DNA of 64,000 nt from an uncultured bacterium. GTDB taxonomy: Bacteria; Patescibacteriota; JABMPQ01; CAVVCK01. Positions 40,916 through 49,561 of this stretch are shown here, piece after piece (the first letter of the stretch is position 1; every line of letters starts with the position of its first letter). The notes under the pieces were generated by a model that saw only the letters and a program-made list of their open reading frames with translations, was not told where the DNA came from and made no database searches. The translations under genes and the position numbers were made by a program. The stretch is taken from contig CAVVCK010000001.1 of NCBI GenBank assembly GCA_963746775.1, positions 483,151 through 547,150 on the forward strand. The letters are read 5' to 3'.

Positions 40916-42112
40916 TTAACTATTATACTTCTCTAGCGCATCTTTTAATAATTCCATCGCATGAGCCAAGTCTTCAGACTTAAGAACATAGGCGATTCTT
41001 ATTTCATCTAATCCTAGTCCTGGTGTGGCATAAAATCCGGGAGCGGGGGCTATCATTACCGTTTCTTTATTATTTTCATATTTTTCTAATATCCATTTAG
41101 CAAAATCTTCTGAATCTTTAATGGGAAGTCTGGGTAGAGCATAGAAAGCACCTTCAGGTTTAAGACAAGTAACTCCATCTATCTTTTGTAAATATTCATA
41201 AACGGTATTTCTTCTTTTTCTATATTCTTCTACAACTGGTGGAACTAATTCCAAAGAATTTTCCAAAGCTGGTACAGCAGCCAATTGTTCTATTGTGGCT
41301 ACTGATAATCTTGCTTGACCGAATTTTAAGGCGCAGGCAATCACCTCTTTGTTTTTAGAAGCCAGACAGCCGATTCTAATGCCGCAAGAACTAAATCTTT
41401 TCGAAATACTATCTTGAATAATTACTCTATCCTCTACTCCTTTAATATCGAGCATGCTAGTCACTCGACCCTCTCCATCTAAATTAAATTCTCTATAAGT
41501 TTCATCTGATAAAATGAATAAATTATGTTCAATGGCTATATCAGCGATTACTTGTAATTCTTCTTTAGTGTAAACGGTGCCGGTGGGATTATTAGGATTA
41601 CAAATTATTATTGCCTTCGTTTTATTGGTAATTTTTTCTTCTATTTTTTCTTTGGTAGGCAATCTAAAACCATCTTCGACGCTAGTTTTGACAGGTACTA
41701 CTTTACAGCCGACTACTGAAGAAAAGCCATTATAATTAGTGTAAAAAGGTTCGAAAGTTATTACTTCCTCATAAGGATCACAGGTAATAGCCATAGCAAA
41801 AGCAATAGCCTCACTACCGCCGGAAGTGACAATTATATCTTCAGCTCTCAAATCTATTTTATTGTCTTGATAATATTTCTCCCAAGCAGATTTACATTCA
41901 GCAAGACCATCTGAGGGAGCGTAAGCCACTGATTTTTCATGGAATTTTTCTATAGCTTCTCGAATTACAGAAGGAGTTTCAATATCAGGCTGGCCGATAT
42001 TTAAATGGTATACTTTTACTCCTCTGGCCTTAGCTTCGTTAGCAAAGGGAATTAGTTTTCGTAAAGGAGACGACTGGGCCTCGGCTGCACGTTTTGAAAC
42101 TTTTGGAGACAT
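40916..42112 (-). CDS. PLP-dependent aminotransferase class I/II
   Basis: LNIGQPD, NPNNPTG, SDETY, SISKRFSSCGIRIG. Confidence 0.93.
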   Translation of the reverse strand: MSPKVSKRAAEAQSSPLRKLIPFANEAKARGVKVYHLNIGQPDIETPSVIREAIEKFHEKSVAYAPSDGLAECKSAWEKYYQDNKIDLRAEDIIVTSGGSEAIAFAMAITCDPYEEVITFEPFYTNYNGFSSVVGCKVVPVKTSVEDGFRLPTKEKIEEKITNKTKAIIICNPNNPTGTVYTKEELQVIADIAIEHNLFILSDETYREFNLDGEGRVTSMLDIKGVEDRVIIQDSISKRFSSCGIRIGCLASKNKEVIACALKFGQARLSVATIEQLAAVPALENSLELVPPVVEEYRKRRNTVYEYLQKIDGVTCLKPEGAFYALPRLPIKDSEDFAKWILEKYENNKETVMIAPAPGFYATPGLGLDEIRIAYVLKSEDLAHAMELLKDALEKYNS

Positions 42113-42227
42113 AATTTTTTATTAATTTATATTATAGTATCATACGAATTACTGTTTATTATAAATTTCTTCGGATCTAATGTCAAAAAACTTATTAACA
42201 GGTATTATTAAGAAGTATAAAATATAA

Positions 42228-42280
42228 AAATACGCCCCTGTAGAGGCAGGTTTTAAACCCGTCTCTACAGGGGCGTATTT
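42228..42280. repeat. GTAG-footed REP-like hairpin, probably also a terminator
   Basis: AAATACGCCCCTGTAGAG...CTCTACAGGGGCGTATTT; core related to 45186-45214. Confidence 0.7.
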
Positions 42281-42300
42281 ATTAAAATTGCTTGTTTAGC

Positions 42301-42408
42301 TTATTCTTCATCATCTCCACCACAACATCCTCCACAATCATCACAGCCACCATTAAAGTCACAACAACCGCCGCCGAAACAGCAGCCTCCACCTATTAAT
42401 TTTTTCAT
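42301..42408 (-). CDS. 35-aa Cys/Gly-rich peptide, metallothionein-like
   Basis: MKKLIGGGCCFGGGCCDFNGGCDDCGGCCGGDDEE; GGAGGTGA RBS; not in ORF track. Confidence 0.75.
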   Translation of the reverse strand: MKKLIGGGCCFGGGCCDFNGGCDDCGGCCGGDDEE

Positions 42409-42454
42409 ATTTATCACCTCCCTCGTGTTAATTTATTAATATAAAATAAAATGC

Positions 42455-42557
42455 GTCCTCTCCCTTTATAAAAGGGAGAGCTAGAGAGGGATTTTTACTA
42501 CATAATTTTGTGGTATAAATCTCCCTCTAACCCCCTCTTTTGTTTAAGAGGGAGGAC
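42455..42557. repeat. Two-hairpin CCCT..AGGG palindromic element
   Basis: CTCTCCCTTT-ATA-AAAGGGAGAG and CCCTCTT..AAGAGGG hairpins joined by AGAGGGATTT/AAATCTCCCTCT; GTCCTC/GAGGAC ends. Confidence 0.7.
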
Positions 42558-43510
42558 TAAAGGACTTTTTCCAGAAAATTAAATAAATAGCCTATCAATA
42601 TTATACCAAATCCGACAATTGTAAAGAATATGGCTAATAATCTGCCTCTCATAATTCTTTTCAATATTATACCCTCGGGTAGGGAAAGTCCAGCGATAGA
42701 CATCATAAAAGCCAGGGAAGTACCCAGTGGTACACCGTTAGCTGTAATACTGAAAATTAAAGGAACAACGGTAGAGCAGCCGGCGTAAATTGGAATACCG
42801 ATTATAACGGCTACTGGAACAGCTAGAAAATTATATTTTCCAATAATATTCATAAAAAAATCTTGAGGAACATAGCCGTGAATAATAGCTCCAATAGCTA
42901 CACCTCCTAGGACGTATAGAAATAGTTTTTTGAAAGTTTTTTTCCCTTCTTTCAGAGAATATTTAATTTTTTTAGAAAATTCTTGAGGAAGAGTTTTGAA
43001 TTTTTTATCTTTATTATTATCATTTAAGATTATCTGATCATCCATTCTAAGAGATCCTAAGATCATGCCAGCTACTACTCCCAGAATAATTCCAGTTAGG
43101 GCGTAAATAATAGCCAATGTCCAACCAAATAATTCCCCCATCAAAACAAAGGCTATTTCGTTAACTAGAGGTGAGGTAATGAGAAAAGAAAAGGCAATTC
43201 CCATAGGAACTTTTGCCTTTATAAAACCAATAAATAAAGGGATAGAAGAGCAGGAACAAAAAGGAGTAACTGAGCCAAAAAGAGAGGCAATAATATTTCC
43301 TATACCAAATTTTGATTTAGAAGCAGCTTTTTGCACTTTAGAAATTGGAAAATATGTACGTACGAAAGCAATAATTGAGACAACTATAAAAATTAAGAAT
43401 AATATTTTTAGAGAATCATAAATAAAGAAATTGAGAGCAATATCGAGCTTTGATTGTTCGGATAAATTTAGAATATTGTGAGTAATGAGATTAGCGATAT
43501 ATTGAAACAT
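42557..43510 (-). CDS. DUF318/ArsP-type permease
   Basis: TPFCSCSSIPLF, FLITSPLVNE, HGYVP, GIPIY, GLSLPE. Confidence 0.9.
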   Translation of the reverse strand: MFQYIANLITHNILNLSEQSKLDIALNFFIYDSLKILFLIFIVVSIIAFVRTYFPISKVQKAASKSKFGIGNIIASLFGSVTPFCSCSSIPLFIGFIKAKVPMGIAFSFLITSPLVNEIAFVLMGELFGWTLAIIYALTGIILGVVAGMILGSLRMDDQIILNDNNKDKKFKTLPQEFSKKIKYSLKEGKKTFKKLFLYVLGGVAIGAIIHGYVPQDFFMNIIGKYNFLAVPVAVIIGIPIYAGCSTVVPLIFSITANGVPLGTSLAFMMSIAGLSLPEGIILKRIMRGRLLAIFFTIVGFGIILIGYLFNFLEKVL

Positions 43511-43624
43511 GGGAGTAGAATTTATAAATTATAATGTAAAATGTAAAATTAATTATAAAACATTATTATTTTAATGTAAAAAATGTTTTGATTATTCTAT
43601 TTTCTTTGCTAATATCTACTTATA

Positions 43625-44115
43625 AATTTCGAATTCAAAAATCCGAATGACGAATAAATGACAAAAATAAAAAATGCCTAAGATAAAATATGATCTTGAA
43701 GAAAGGACGGCTATATTTGGTGAAAATATAATAAAATTTACAAGAAAAATACCAAAAGACCCAGTAAATATTTCTTTAATAAGTCAATGCACTAGATCTG
43801 GTACAAGTGTTGGAGCTAATTATCGTGAAGCAGATGATGCACAATCTGGTAGAGATTTTTTACATAAAATTAGTATATGTAAAAAAGAATCTAGAGAGAC
43901 AAAACATTGGCTTAGGATGATTGTAGAATCGTCACCAATCTTAAAAGAAGAAGCAAGAATATTATATAAAGAAGCTCAAGAGTTAAATCTAATCTTTGCA
44001 GCAATTATTAGAAATAAAAAAGAAAATGATTTAGTGAAAAAGCGTAAAAAGATTAGTCATTGAATCATTAAATAATTTATTCTTCATTCTGGTTTATTAA
44101 TTAGTCATTCAAATT
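43625..44115 (+). mobile_element. Four-helix-bundle cassette bounded by inverted short-period repeats
   Basis: Left GAATGACGAATAAAT and right ATTTATTCTTCATTC are inverted; both flanks recur joined without the gene at 57220-57325. Confidence 0.7.
43674..44063 (+). CDS. Four-helix-bundle protein (23S rRNA-IVP/TIGR02436 family, bAvd-like)
   Basis: DLEERT..F, QCTRSGTSVGANYREA, SGRDFLHKISICKKESRETKHWL, EAQELNLIF. Confidence 0.92.
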   Translation: MPKIKYDLEERTAIFGENIIKFTRKIPKDPVNISLISQCTRSGTSVGANYREADDAQSGRDFLHKISICKKESRETKHWLRMIVESSPILKEEARILYKEAQELNLIFAAIIRNKKENDLVKKRKKISH

Positions 44116-44117
44116 AA

Positions 44118-45185
44118 ATGTCTTTACAAATCGGCATTGTAGGGTTGCCCAATGTTGGCAAATCAACCCTATTCCAAGCCTTAACTAAAAAACAAGTAGA
44201 TAGATCTAATTACCCCTTTTGTACCATTGATCCAAATGTAGGGGTTGTTAAGGTACCTGATTTTCGGGTAGATAAATTAGCAGAAATATCTAAATCGGCT
44301 AAGAAAATTTATGCTACAGTAGAATTTGTTGATATTGCTGGATTAGTGAAAGGTGCTAGTCAAGGAGAGGGTTTGGGTAATAAATTTCTAGCAAACATAA
44401 GGGAAGTAGATTTAATTTGCTATGTATTGCGCTGTTTTAAAAATGATAAAATTATAAAGCATGATTCCAGTCAAGATCCTATATCTGATAAAGAAATCCT
44501 AGATGCAGAAATGGCTCTGAAAGATTTGGAAACTTTGGATAAAAGAATATCAGGACTAGAGCGCGAAGCAAAATCTGGTGATAAAGAGAAAATATTTGAG
44601 CTTGAAGTAATAAAGAAAGCAAAAGTTATCATTGAGCGTGATCAAGTTTTATATAAAGAAGATTGGGAAAAAGAAGAGAAGAAAGTATTGAAGCAATATG
44701 AATTTTTGACTTTCAAACCTAGGCTATATTTATTAAATGGAAATAAAGATGAGATTGATGAGAATGTAATTCAAAAATTTGAGAAAAATAATTGGCCCTA
44801 TTTAATAATAAATATATTGGAAGAATTTGATGCTATTGGATTAACTGTCGATGAGCGCAGGGAATTAGAATTACCAGAAAAATTAGAAATGGATAATTTA
44901 ATTAAGAAGGCTTATGAGAAGTTAGGCTTAATTACCTTCCTAACCACGGGTGAAGATGAAACTAGAGCTTGGACTACAGATAAAGGATCTAGTGCACCTC
45001 AGGCTTCTGGTGTTATTCATACTGATTTTGAAAAATATTTTATCAATGCGGAGGTGGTGAGCTATAGTGATTTGGTTGAAGTGGGTGGATTGGTTCAGGC
45101 TAGAGAGAGAGGATTAGTTCGAACTGAGGGGAAAGGTTATATTGTAAAGGATGGGGATGTAATTGAGGTAAGGAGTGGGAAATAG
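44118..45185 (+). CDS. ychF: Redox-regulated ATPase YchF
   Basis: GIVGLPNVGKSTLF, NYPFCTIDPN, DIAGLVKGAS, IHTDF. Confidence 0.96.
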   Translation: MSLQIGIVGLPNVGKSTLFQALTKKQVDRSNYPFCTIDPNVGVVKVPDFRVDKLAEISKSAKKIYATVEFVDIAGLVKGASQGEGLGNKFLANIREVDLICYVLRCFKNDKIIKHDSSQDPISDKEILDAEMALKDLETLDKRISGLEREAKSGDKEKIFELEVIKKAKVIIERDQVLYKEDWEKEEKKVLKQYEFLTFKPRLYLLNGNKDEIDENVIQKFEKNNWPYLIINILEEFDAIGLTVDERRELELPEKLEMDNLIKKAYEKLGLITFLTTGEDETRAWTTDKGSSAPQASGVIHTDFEKYFINAEVVSYSDLVEVGGLVQARERGLVRTEGKGYIVKDGDVIEVRSGK

Positions 45186-45337
45186 ATGGAGACAGGTTTG
45201 AAACCTGTCTGTACGGGTAAAGGCCTTATTTTTTAATGTTTAAAGATTTTAAATTTATTCATTATTTTGGAGATATAATTATTTATATTTCCATTTTATT
45301 GATAAATTGGAGATATGTTAAATTATATTTCTAAATC

Positions 45338-45368
45338 AAAAAAAGCAATCATCATGATTGCTTTTTTT
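45338..45368. terminator. Bidirectional intrinsic terminator
   Basis: AAAAAAAGCAATCA-TCA-TGATTGCTTTTTTT. Confidence 0.75.
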
Positions 45369-45443
45369 GGTGGGCGCTGAGGGGCTCGAACCCCCGACCC
45401 CCTCGGTGTAAACGAGGTGCTCTACCAACTGAGCTAAGCGCCC
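45368..45443 (-). tRNA. tRNA-Val(TAC), encoded CCA
   Basis: GGGCGCT acceptor, CCTCG-TTTACAC-CGAGG anticodon arm. Confidence 0.95.
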
Positions 45444-45464
45444 ATTTCGCCCCATAAGGGCGTA

Positions 45465-45559
45465 TGTTGTAGTTGTTGTAATTGTTCAATCGTTCACTCC
45501 GCTTGCTTGTTCTAATTGCACATTTAAAACACTAGAACAAATAAAACATTTCGAACATT
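45465..45559. repeat. Nonamer-period palindromic element, family C
   Basis: TGTTGTAGT TGTTGTAAT TGTTCAATC ... ACTAGAACA; shares TGTTCTAATTGCACATTTA with 47685-47703. Confidence 0.75.
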
Positions 45560-45565
45560 CATCAT

Positions 45566-45650
45566 TGCCGAGGACAGGACTTGAACCTGCACAGCCTTTC
45601 GGCTACTACCACCTCAAGGTAGCGCGTATACCAAATTCCGCCACCTCGGC
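45566..45650 (-). tRNA. tRNA-Leu(GAG)
   Basis: GCCGAGG acceptor, CTACC-TTGAGGT-GGTAG, long variable arm. Confidence 0.95.
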
Positions 45651-45690
45651 TTGGAGGCCGAAATATATAATATTATAACAAAAATATAAA

Positions 45691-46332
45691 TTACTTTTTA
45701 GCTTTTTCTTTCTCTTTTTTAGGATTTTCTTCTTTTTTCGGCTCTTCTTTTTTGGATTCTTCTTTCTTAATTTCTTTTTCTTTGCTTTCAGGCTTCTTTT
45801 GAGGTTCCTTAGATTTATCTTTAGGTTTTTCTGCTTTAGTATCTTTATCTTCGGATTTAGCTTCTTTCTTGTCTTCAGCCTTTTTCTCTCCTTTAACTTC
45901 TTTTTCTTTCTTAGGCTCTTCTACAGTTTCGTCAAATTTTAATTTTTCTAAATCTTTAGGACTTAATTTAATTTCTTGAAGTCTTGAATCTTTTTCTTTC
46001 TTATCTCTTAAATAATATAGTCTGGCTCTTCTTACTTTACCTCTTTTAACTACTTCAACTTTTACAATACTTGGCATATGAATTGGAAAATTTTTTTCGA
46101 CTCCAACGCCAGAAGCAGTTTTTCTAACCAAAAAACTACCATTCATACCCTTGCCTCCACGAATTCGTAAAACTACTCCTTCAAAAATCTGAATTCTTTC
46201 TTTGTCACCCTTTTTTCCTTTGGCGTTGCTTTCTTCTTTAATTTTTTGATGTACGCGAACAGTATCTCCAGGCCTTATAGCTGGAAAAGTTCTTTTAATT
46301 TGTGTTTTTTCAAATTCTTGTATTATGTCCAT
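45691..46332 (-). CDS. rplS: 50S ribosomal protein L19 with long Lys/Glu C-terminal tail
   Basis: PGDTVRVH, RIQIFEGVV, GVGVEK, GKVRRARLYYLR. Confidence 0.95.
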   Translation of the reverse strand: MDIIQEFEKTQIKRTFPAIRPGDTVRVHQKIKEESNAKGKKGDKERIQIFEGVVLRIRGGKGMNGSFLVRKTASGVGVEKNFPIHMPSIVKVEVVKRGKVRRARLYYLRDKKEKDSRLQEIKLSPKDLEKLKFDETVEEPKKEKEVKGEKKAEDKKEAKSEDKDTKAEKPKDKSKEPQKKPESKEKEIKKEESKKEEPKKEENPKKEKEKAKK

Positions 46333-46336
46333 TTTC

Positions 46337-46870
46337 TTACTTAAAATTATTTGCTCTATTTAAAATAAGCTCTGAAATTTCATCCGGAGATTTATTTTCA
46401 GAGTTAATAACTAAATCATAGTAGGATTTGTTGCCTATGTCAATATTATAATATTTTAAATATCTTTCCTTTTCGCTTCTTTCTCTCATCTTGGTTTTTT
46501 CTTTCATTTCTACCAGATCTTTGTGTTCTCTTTGGATGACTCTTTTTACTCTGGTTTCAAAAGGGGCTTCAATCCATATTTTTAATGATTTTATTCTATT
46601 TTGGCTGCATAAAGCACCAATGAGCCTTCCTTCCAAAATAATATTTTCTTTATGGCGGGCATAATCAACCATTCTTTTATCCAATTCACGATCAATAGAA
46701 TCATCTGATTCAGCTATTTTAGAAAGACCCAAAATATCTGTATTCCTTTCTATAGCCATTTTATCCCATATTTGTCCAGCATCAATGTGTTGAATTTTTA
46801 ATTTTCTGGATAGTATTTTGGATACAGTAGAAGTTCCGCTGCCAGCTAAACCTCCGATTGTTACTTTCAT
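46337..46870 (-). CDS. cmk: Cytidylate kinase, short archaeal-like type
   Basis: TIGGLAGSGTST, DRELD, LEGRL, RYLKYYNID..YDLVIN. Confidence 0.8.
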   Translation of the reverse strand: MKVTIGGLAGSGTSTVSKILSRKLKIQHIDAGQIWDKMAIERNTDILGLSKIAESDDSIDRELDKRMVDYARHKENIILEGRLIGALCSQNRIKSLKIWIEAPFETRVKRVIQREHKDLVEMKEKTKMRERSEKERYLKYYNIDIGNKSYYDLVINSENKSPDEISELILNRANNFK

Positions 46871-46885
46871 ATATTTGTAATTTCT

Positions 46886-46915
46886 TGTAGGGGTTCAAAA
46901 TTTTAAACTCCTACA
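46886..46915. repeat. GTAG-footed REP-like palindrome
   Basis: TGTAGGGGTTCAAAATTTTAAACTCCTACA; supplies the TAG stop of the RluA gene. Confidence 0.8.
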
Positions 46916-47558
46916 GGCTTAATTTATTTAGATAATTCTTCAAGTCCTGTGGTAAGTCTATTTCAAATTCTTTAATTTCTTTTCCTAAACTTAATTTTAA
47001 ATAATAAGAATGCAGAAAATGTCTATTAATAGGAAAAGGCTCTTTTAAATTTCTAAAAGTATATTCATGGTCACCAACAAGAGGATGACCGATCATTTTC
47101 ATATGTTGTCTGATTTGGTGCATACGGCCAGTCTTTATTTCTATATTAAGCAGGGTAAAATCTTTAATATATTTTAAAACTTTATAGTAAGTAATCGCCT
47201 CTTGTTTATTAACTCTACCCTTTTTAGCAATAGCATAAGTGATAACACCCGATTCGTTTTTAACTTTACCATAAACTAAGGCTTGATATCTTTTTTCAAC
47301 TTTTTTATCTTTGAACTGATTTAATAAATATTCGTATGTCTTCTGATTTTTAGCACAAATAACTAAGCCAGAGGTATCTTTATCTAAGCGATGAACTATT
47401 CCTGGTCTAAATTTTTCGCCCACGTTTTTAATAGCTGGATAATAATCTAACAGAAAATCAACCAGTGTTCCAGCTTTTGTATATTTATCTGGATGAACTA
47501 GGATACCAGGTTTTTTATTTATAACGATAACATTAGTATCTTCGAATATAATGTCCAT
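46911..47558 (-). CDS. RluA-family pseudouridine synthase
   Basis: HRLDKDTSG, TGRMHQIR, GHPLVGD. Confidence 0.93.
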   Translation of the reverse strand: MDIIFEDTNVIVINKKPGILVHPDKYTKAGTLVDFLLDYYPAIKNVGEKFRPGIVHRLDKDTSGLVICAKNQKTYEYLLNQFKDKKVEKRYQALVYGKVKNESGVITYAIAKKGRVNKQEAITYYKVLKYIKDFTLLNIEIKTGRMHQIRQHMKMIGHPLVGDHEYTFRNLKEPFPINRHFLHSYYLKLSLGKEIKEFEIDLPQDLKNYLNKLSL

Positions 47559-47574
47559 TTTTATTATTCAAAAA

Positions 47575-47647
47575 TGCGTCCAGAAGGATTCGAACCTTCG
47601 ACCTTAGGCTTAAGAGGCCTCTGCTCTACCAACTGAGCTATGGACGC
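47575..47647 (-). tRNA. tRNA-Lys(CTT)
   Basis: GCGTCCA acceptor, AGGC-CTCTTAA-GCCT anticodon arm. Confidence 0.93.
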
Positions 47648-47656
47648 GTGGGGAAA

Positions 47657-47719
47657 ATGTTGTAATTGAGAAAATTGTTCTAAATGTTCTAATTGCACAT
47701 TTACAATAGTGATAACATC
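47657..47719. repeat. Nonamer-period element, family C
   Basis: TGTTGTAAT TGAGAAAAT TGTTCTAAA TGTTCTAAT between two tRNAs. Confidence 0.7.
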
Positions 47720-47724
47720 TTATT

Positions 47725-47796
47725 TGCCCTCGACAGGATTCGAACCCGTAATTCTTGGTCCGAAGCCAAGCGTGATATCCATTTCACCACGAGGGC
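47725..47796 (-). tRNA. tRNA-Arg(TCG)
   Basis: GCCCTCG acceptor, CTTGG-CTTCGGA-CCAAG anticodon arm. Confidence 0.95.
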
Positions 47797-47921
47797 AATA
47801 ATATAGGATTAAGTTAACACGAAAAAAATATTTTATCAATAATTATTGTAAAATTAGATATTTAAATAATAAAGAAAGTATAATTGACACTTATAGCCAA
47901 ATAAACAATAATATCTAAGCT

Positions 47922-48296
47922 ATGAAATATCTATATAGCATAAAAAGAAAAGTAGTAGAGGGTAATAAAATAGCTAGAACTTTTGGTTATCCAACAGCTA
48001 ATTTTAGGTATTATAAAAGAGACAATAAATTAGAGAATGGAGTTTATGTTATTAGACTTAAAATTACTAAAAATTATTTTCAAGGGCTAGCTTTTATAGG
48101 AAAACCAAAGACCATAGAAGCTGATAAGAGGATTGAAATATTTATTTTAAAATTTAGGGGTAATTTGTATAATAAGATTATAAAAGTTAAATTTTTAAAA
48201 AGAATAAGGGGAGTAAAGAAGTTCAAGGATGTTAAAGATTTAAAATTGGAAATTCAGGAAGATATAAAAAAAGCAAAAAAGTTTTTTAAATGTTAA
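47922..48296 (+). CDS. Stand-alone riboflavin kinase domain
   Basis: GNKIARTFGYPTAN, GVY, IEIFI, LKRIR. Confidence 0.88.
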   Translation: MKYLYSIKRKVVEGNKIARTFGYPTANFRYYKRDNKLENGVYVIRLKITKNYFQGLAFIGKPKTIEADKRIEIFILKFRGNLYNKIIKVKFLKRIRGVKKFKDVKDLKLEIQEDIKKAKKFFKC

Positions 48297-48300
48297 ATCA

Positions 48301-48939
48301 ATGTTCACAGGTATAGTTCAAGAAAAAGGAAAGATTAAAAATATAAAAAAATCTTCAGGTAAGACTGTTTTTTTGGTTGAATTCAGGAAAGCTATAGAAA
48401 ATTTAGAAATAGGCAGCAGCATCGCTTGCAATGGAGCTTGTTTGACAGTGATAAATATTGATAAAAATACCTTTGAAGTAGAAGCTATTCCGGAGACCCT
48501 GAAGCTTACTAATTTAGGCAATTTAAAAATAGGAAATTTTATTAATTTAGAGCCATCATTAAGGCTTCAAGATGAGCTTTCCGGTCATATAGTTTTGGGT
48601 CATATTGATGGCACGGGTAGGATTTCTAATATAAAATCTGAAGGTGATTCTATTTTAATGACTATCGGATTTGAGGAGAATTTAGGTAAATATATTGCTT
48701 ATAAGGGGTCAATAACTATTGATGGCATAAGTTTAACTGTAGCCAGGGTGAGTGATAAAGATTTTACAGTAGCTCTTATTCCCCATACGCTAGAAGTTAC
48801 TACTTTGAAAGAAAAGAAAATAGGTGATATGTTAAATTTAGAAGTAGATGTGGTAGCTAGGTATTTGGAAAAGTTAGTTAGTAATAAAGATGATAAAGGA
48901 GTTAGGTTGTTGAATTTGAAAGATAAGGGATTTGTTTAG
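48301..48939 (+). CDS. ribE: Riboflavin synthase
   Basis: MFTGIV, GACLTV, GHIVLGHIDG, DGISLTV, NLEVD. Confidence 0.95.
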   Translation: MFTGIVQEKGKIKNIKKSSGKTVFLVEFRKAIENLEIGSSIACNGACLTVINIDKNTFEVEAIPETLKLTNLGNLKIGNFINLEPSLRLQDELSGHIVLGHIDGTGRISNIKSEGDSILMTIGFEENLGKYIAYKGSITIDGISLTVARVSDKDFTVALIPHTLEVTTLKEKKIGDMLNLEVDVVARYLEKLVSNKDDKGVRLLNLKDKGFV

Positions 48940-48952
48940 AAAATTAATACTT

Positions 48953-48986
48953 ATTGTAGGGGTTCAAAATTTTGAACCCCTACAAT
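48953..48986. repeat. GTAG-footed REP-like perfect 34-bp palindrome
   Basis: ATTGTAGGGGTTCAAAATTTTGAACCCCTACAAT. Confidence 0.85.
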
Positions 48987-49005
48987 ATAAAATAATTTAA
49001 AAAAT

Positions 49006-49476
49006 ATGAAAATAATTCAAGGCAATTTAGACGGCAAGGGTTTAAAAATAGGTATAATAGTTTCTCGTTTTAATGATTTTATAACTGATAAATTATTATC
49101 AGGTGCAATTGAGGCTCTAAAAATGCATGGAGTTTCTGACTCTAATATTGAGGTAGTTAAAATCCCGGGAGCTTTTGAAATGGGAACAGTAATTCAAAAG
49201 ATGTCTAAATCTAAAAAATATAATGCTCTAGTTTGTTTAGGGGCAGTAATTCGTGGGGCTACTTCTCATTATGATTTTGTAGCAGGTGAGTCTATTAGAA
49301 AAGTAGCCCAATCTTCTTACGATACGGGTATGCCTTGTTCTCTAGGTATTATTACAACTGAAAATATTGAGCAAGCGATAGAGAGAGCAGGCAGTAAACA
49401 AGGTAATAAAGGTTATGAGGCAGCTCAGGTAGCGATTGAAATGGCTAATTTAATGAAAATCATTAAAACAAAATAA
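49006..49476 (+). CDS. ribH: 6,7-dimethyl-8-ribityllumazine synthase
   Basis: SRFN, PGAFE, LGAVIRGATSHYD, GNKG. Confidence 0.96.
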   Translation: MKIIQGNLDGKGLKIGIIVSRFNDFITDKLLSGAIEALKMHGVSDSNIEVVKIPGAFEMGTVIQKMSKSKKYNALVCLGAVIRGATSHYDFVAGESIRKVAQSSYDTGMPCSLGIITTENIEQAIERAGSKQGNKGYEAAQVAIEMANLMKIIKTK

Positions 49477-49561
49477 CAAGATAACACAAGAATAAAAAAA
49501 ACAGATCAAATTAATAAGAGCTGTTTTTTATTTAGCAGATATACTAAAACAAAAATAAGAA

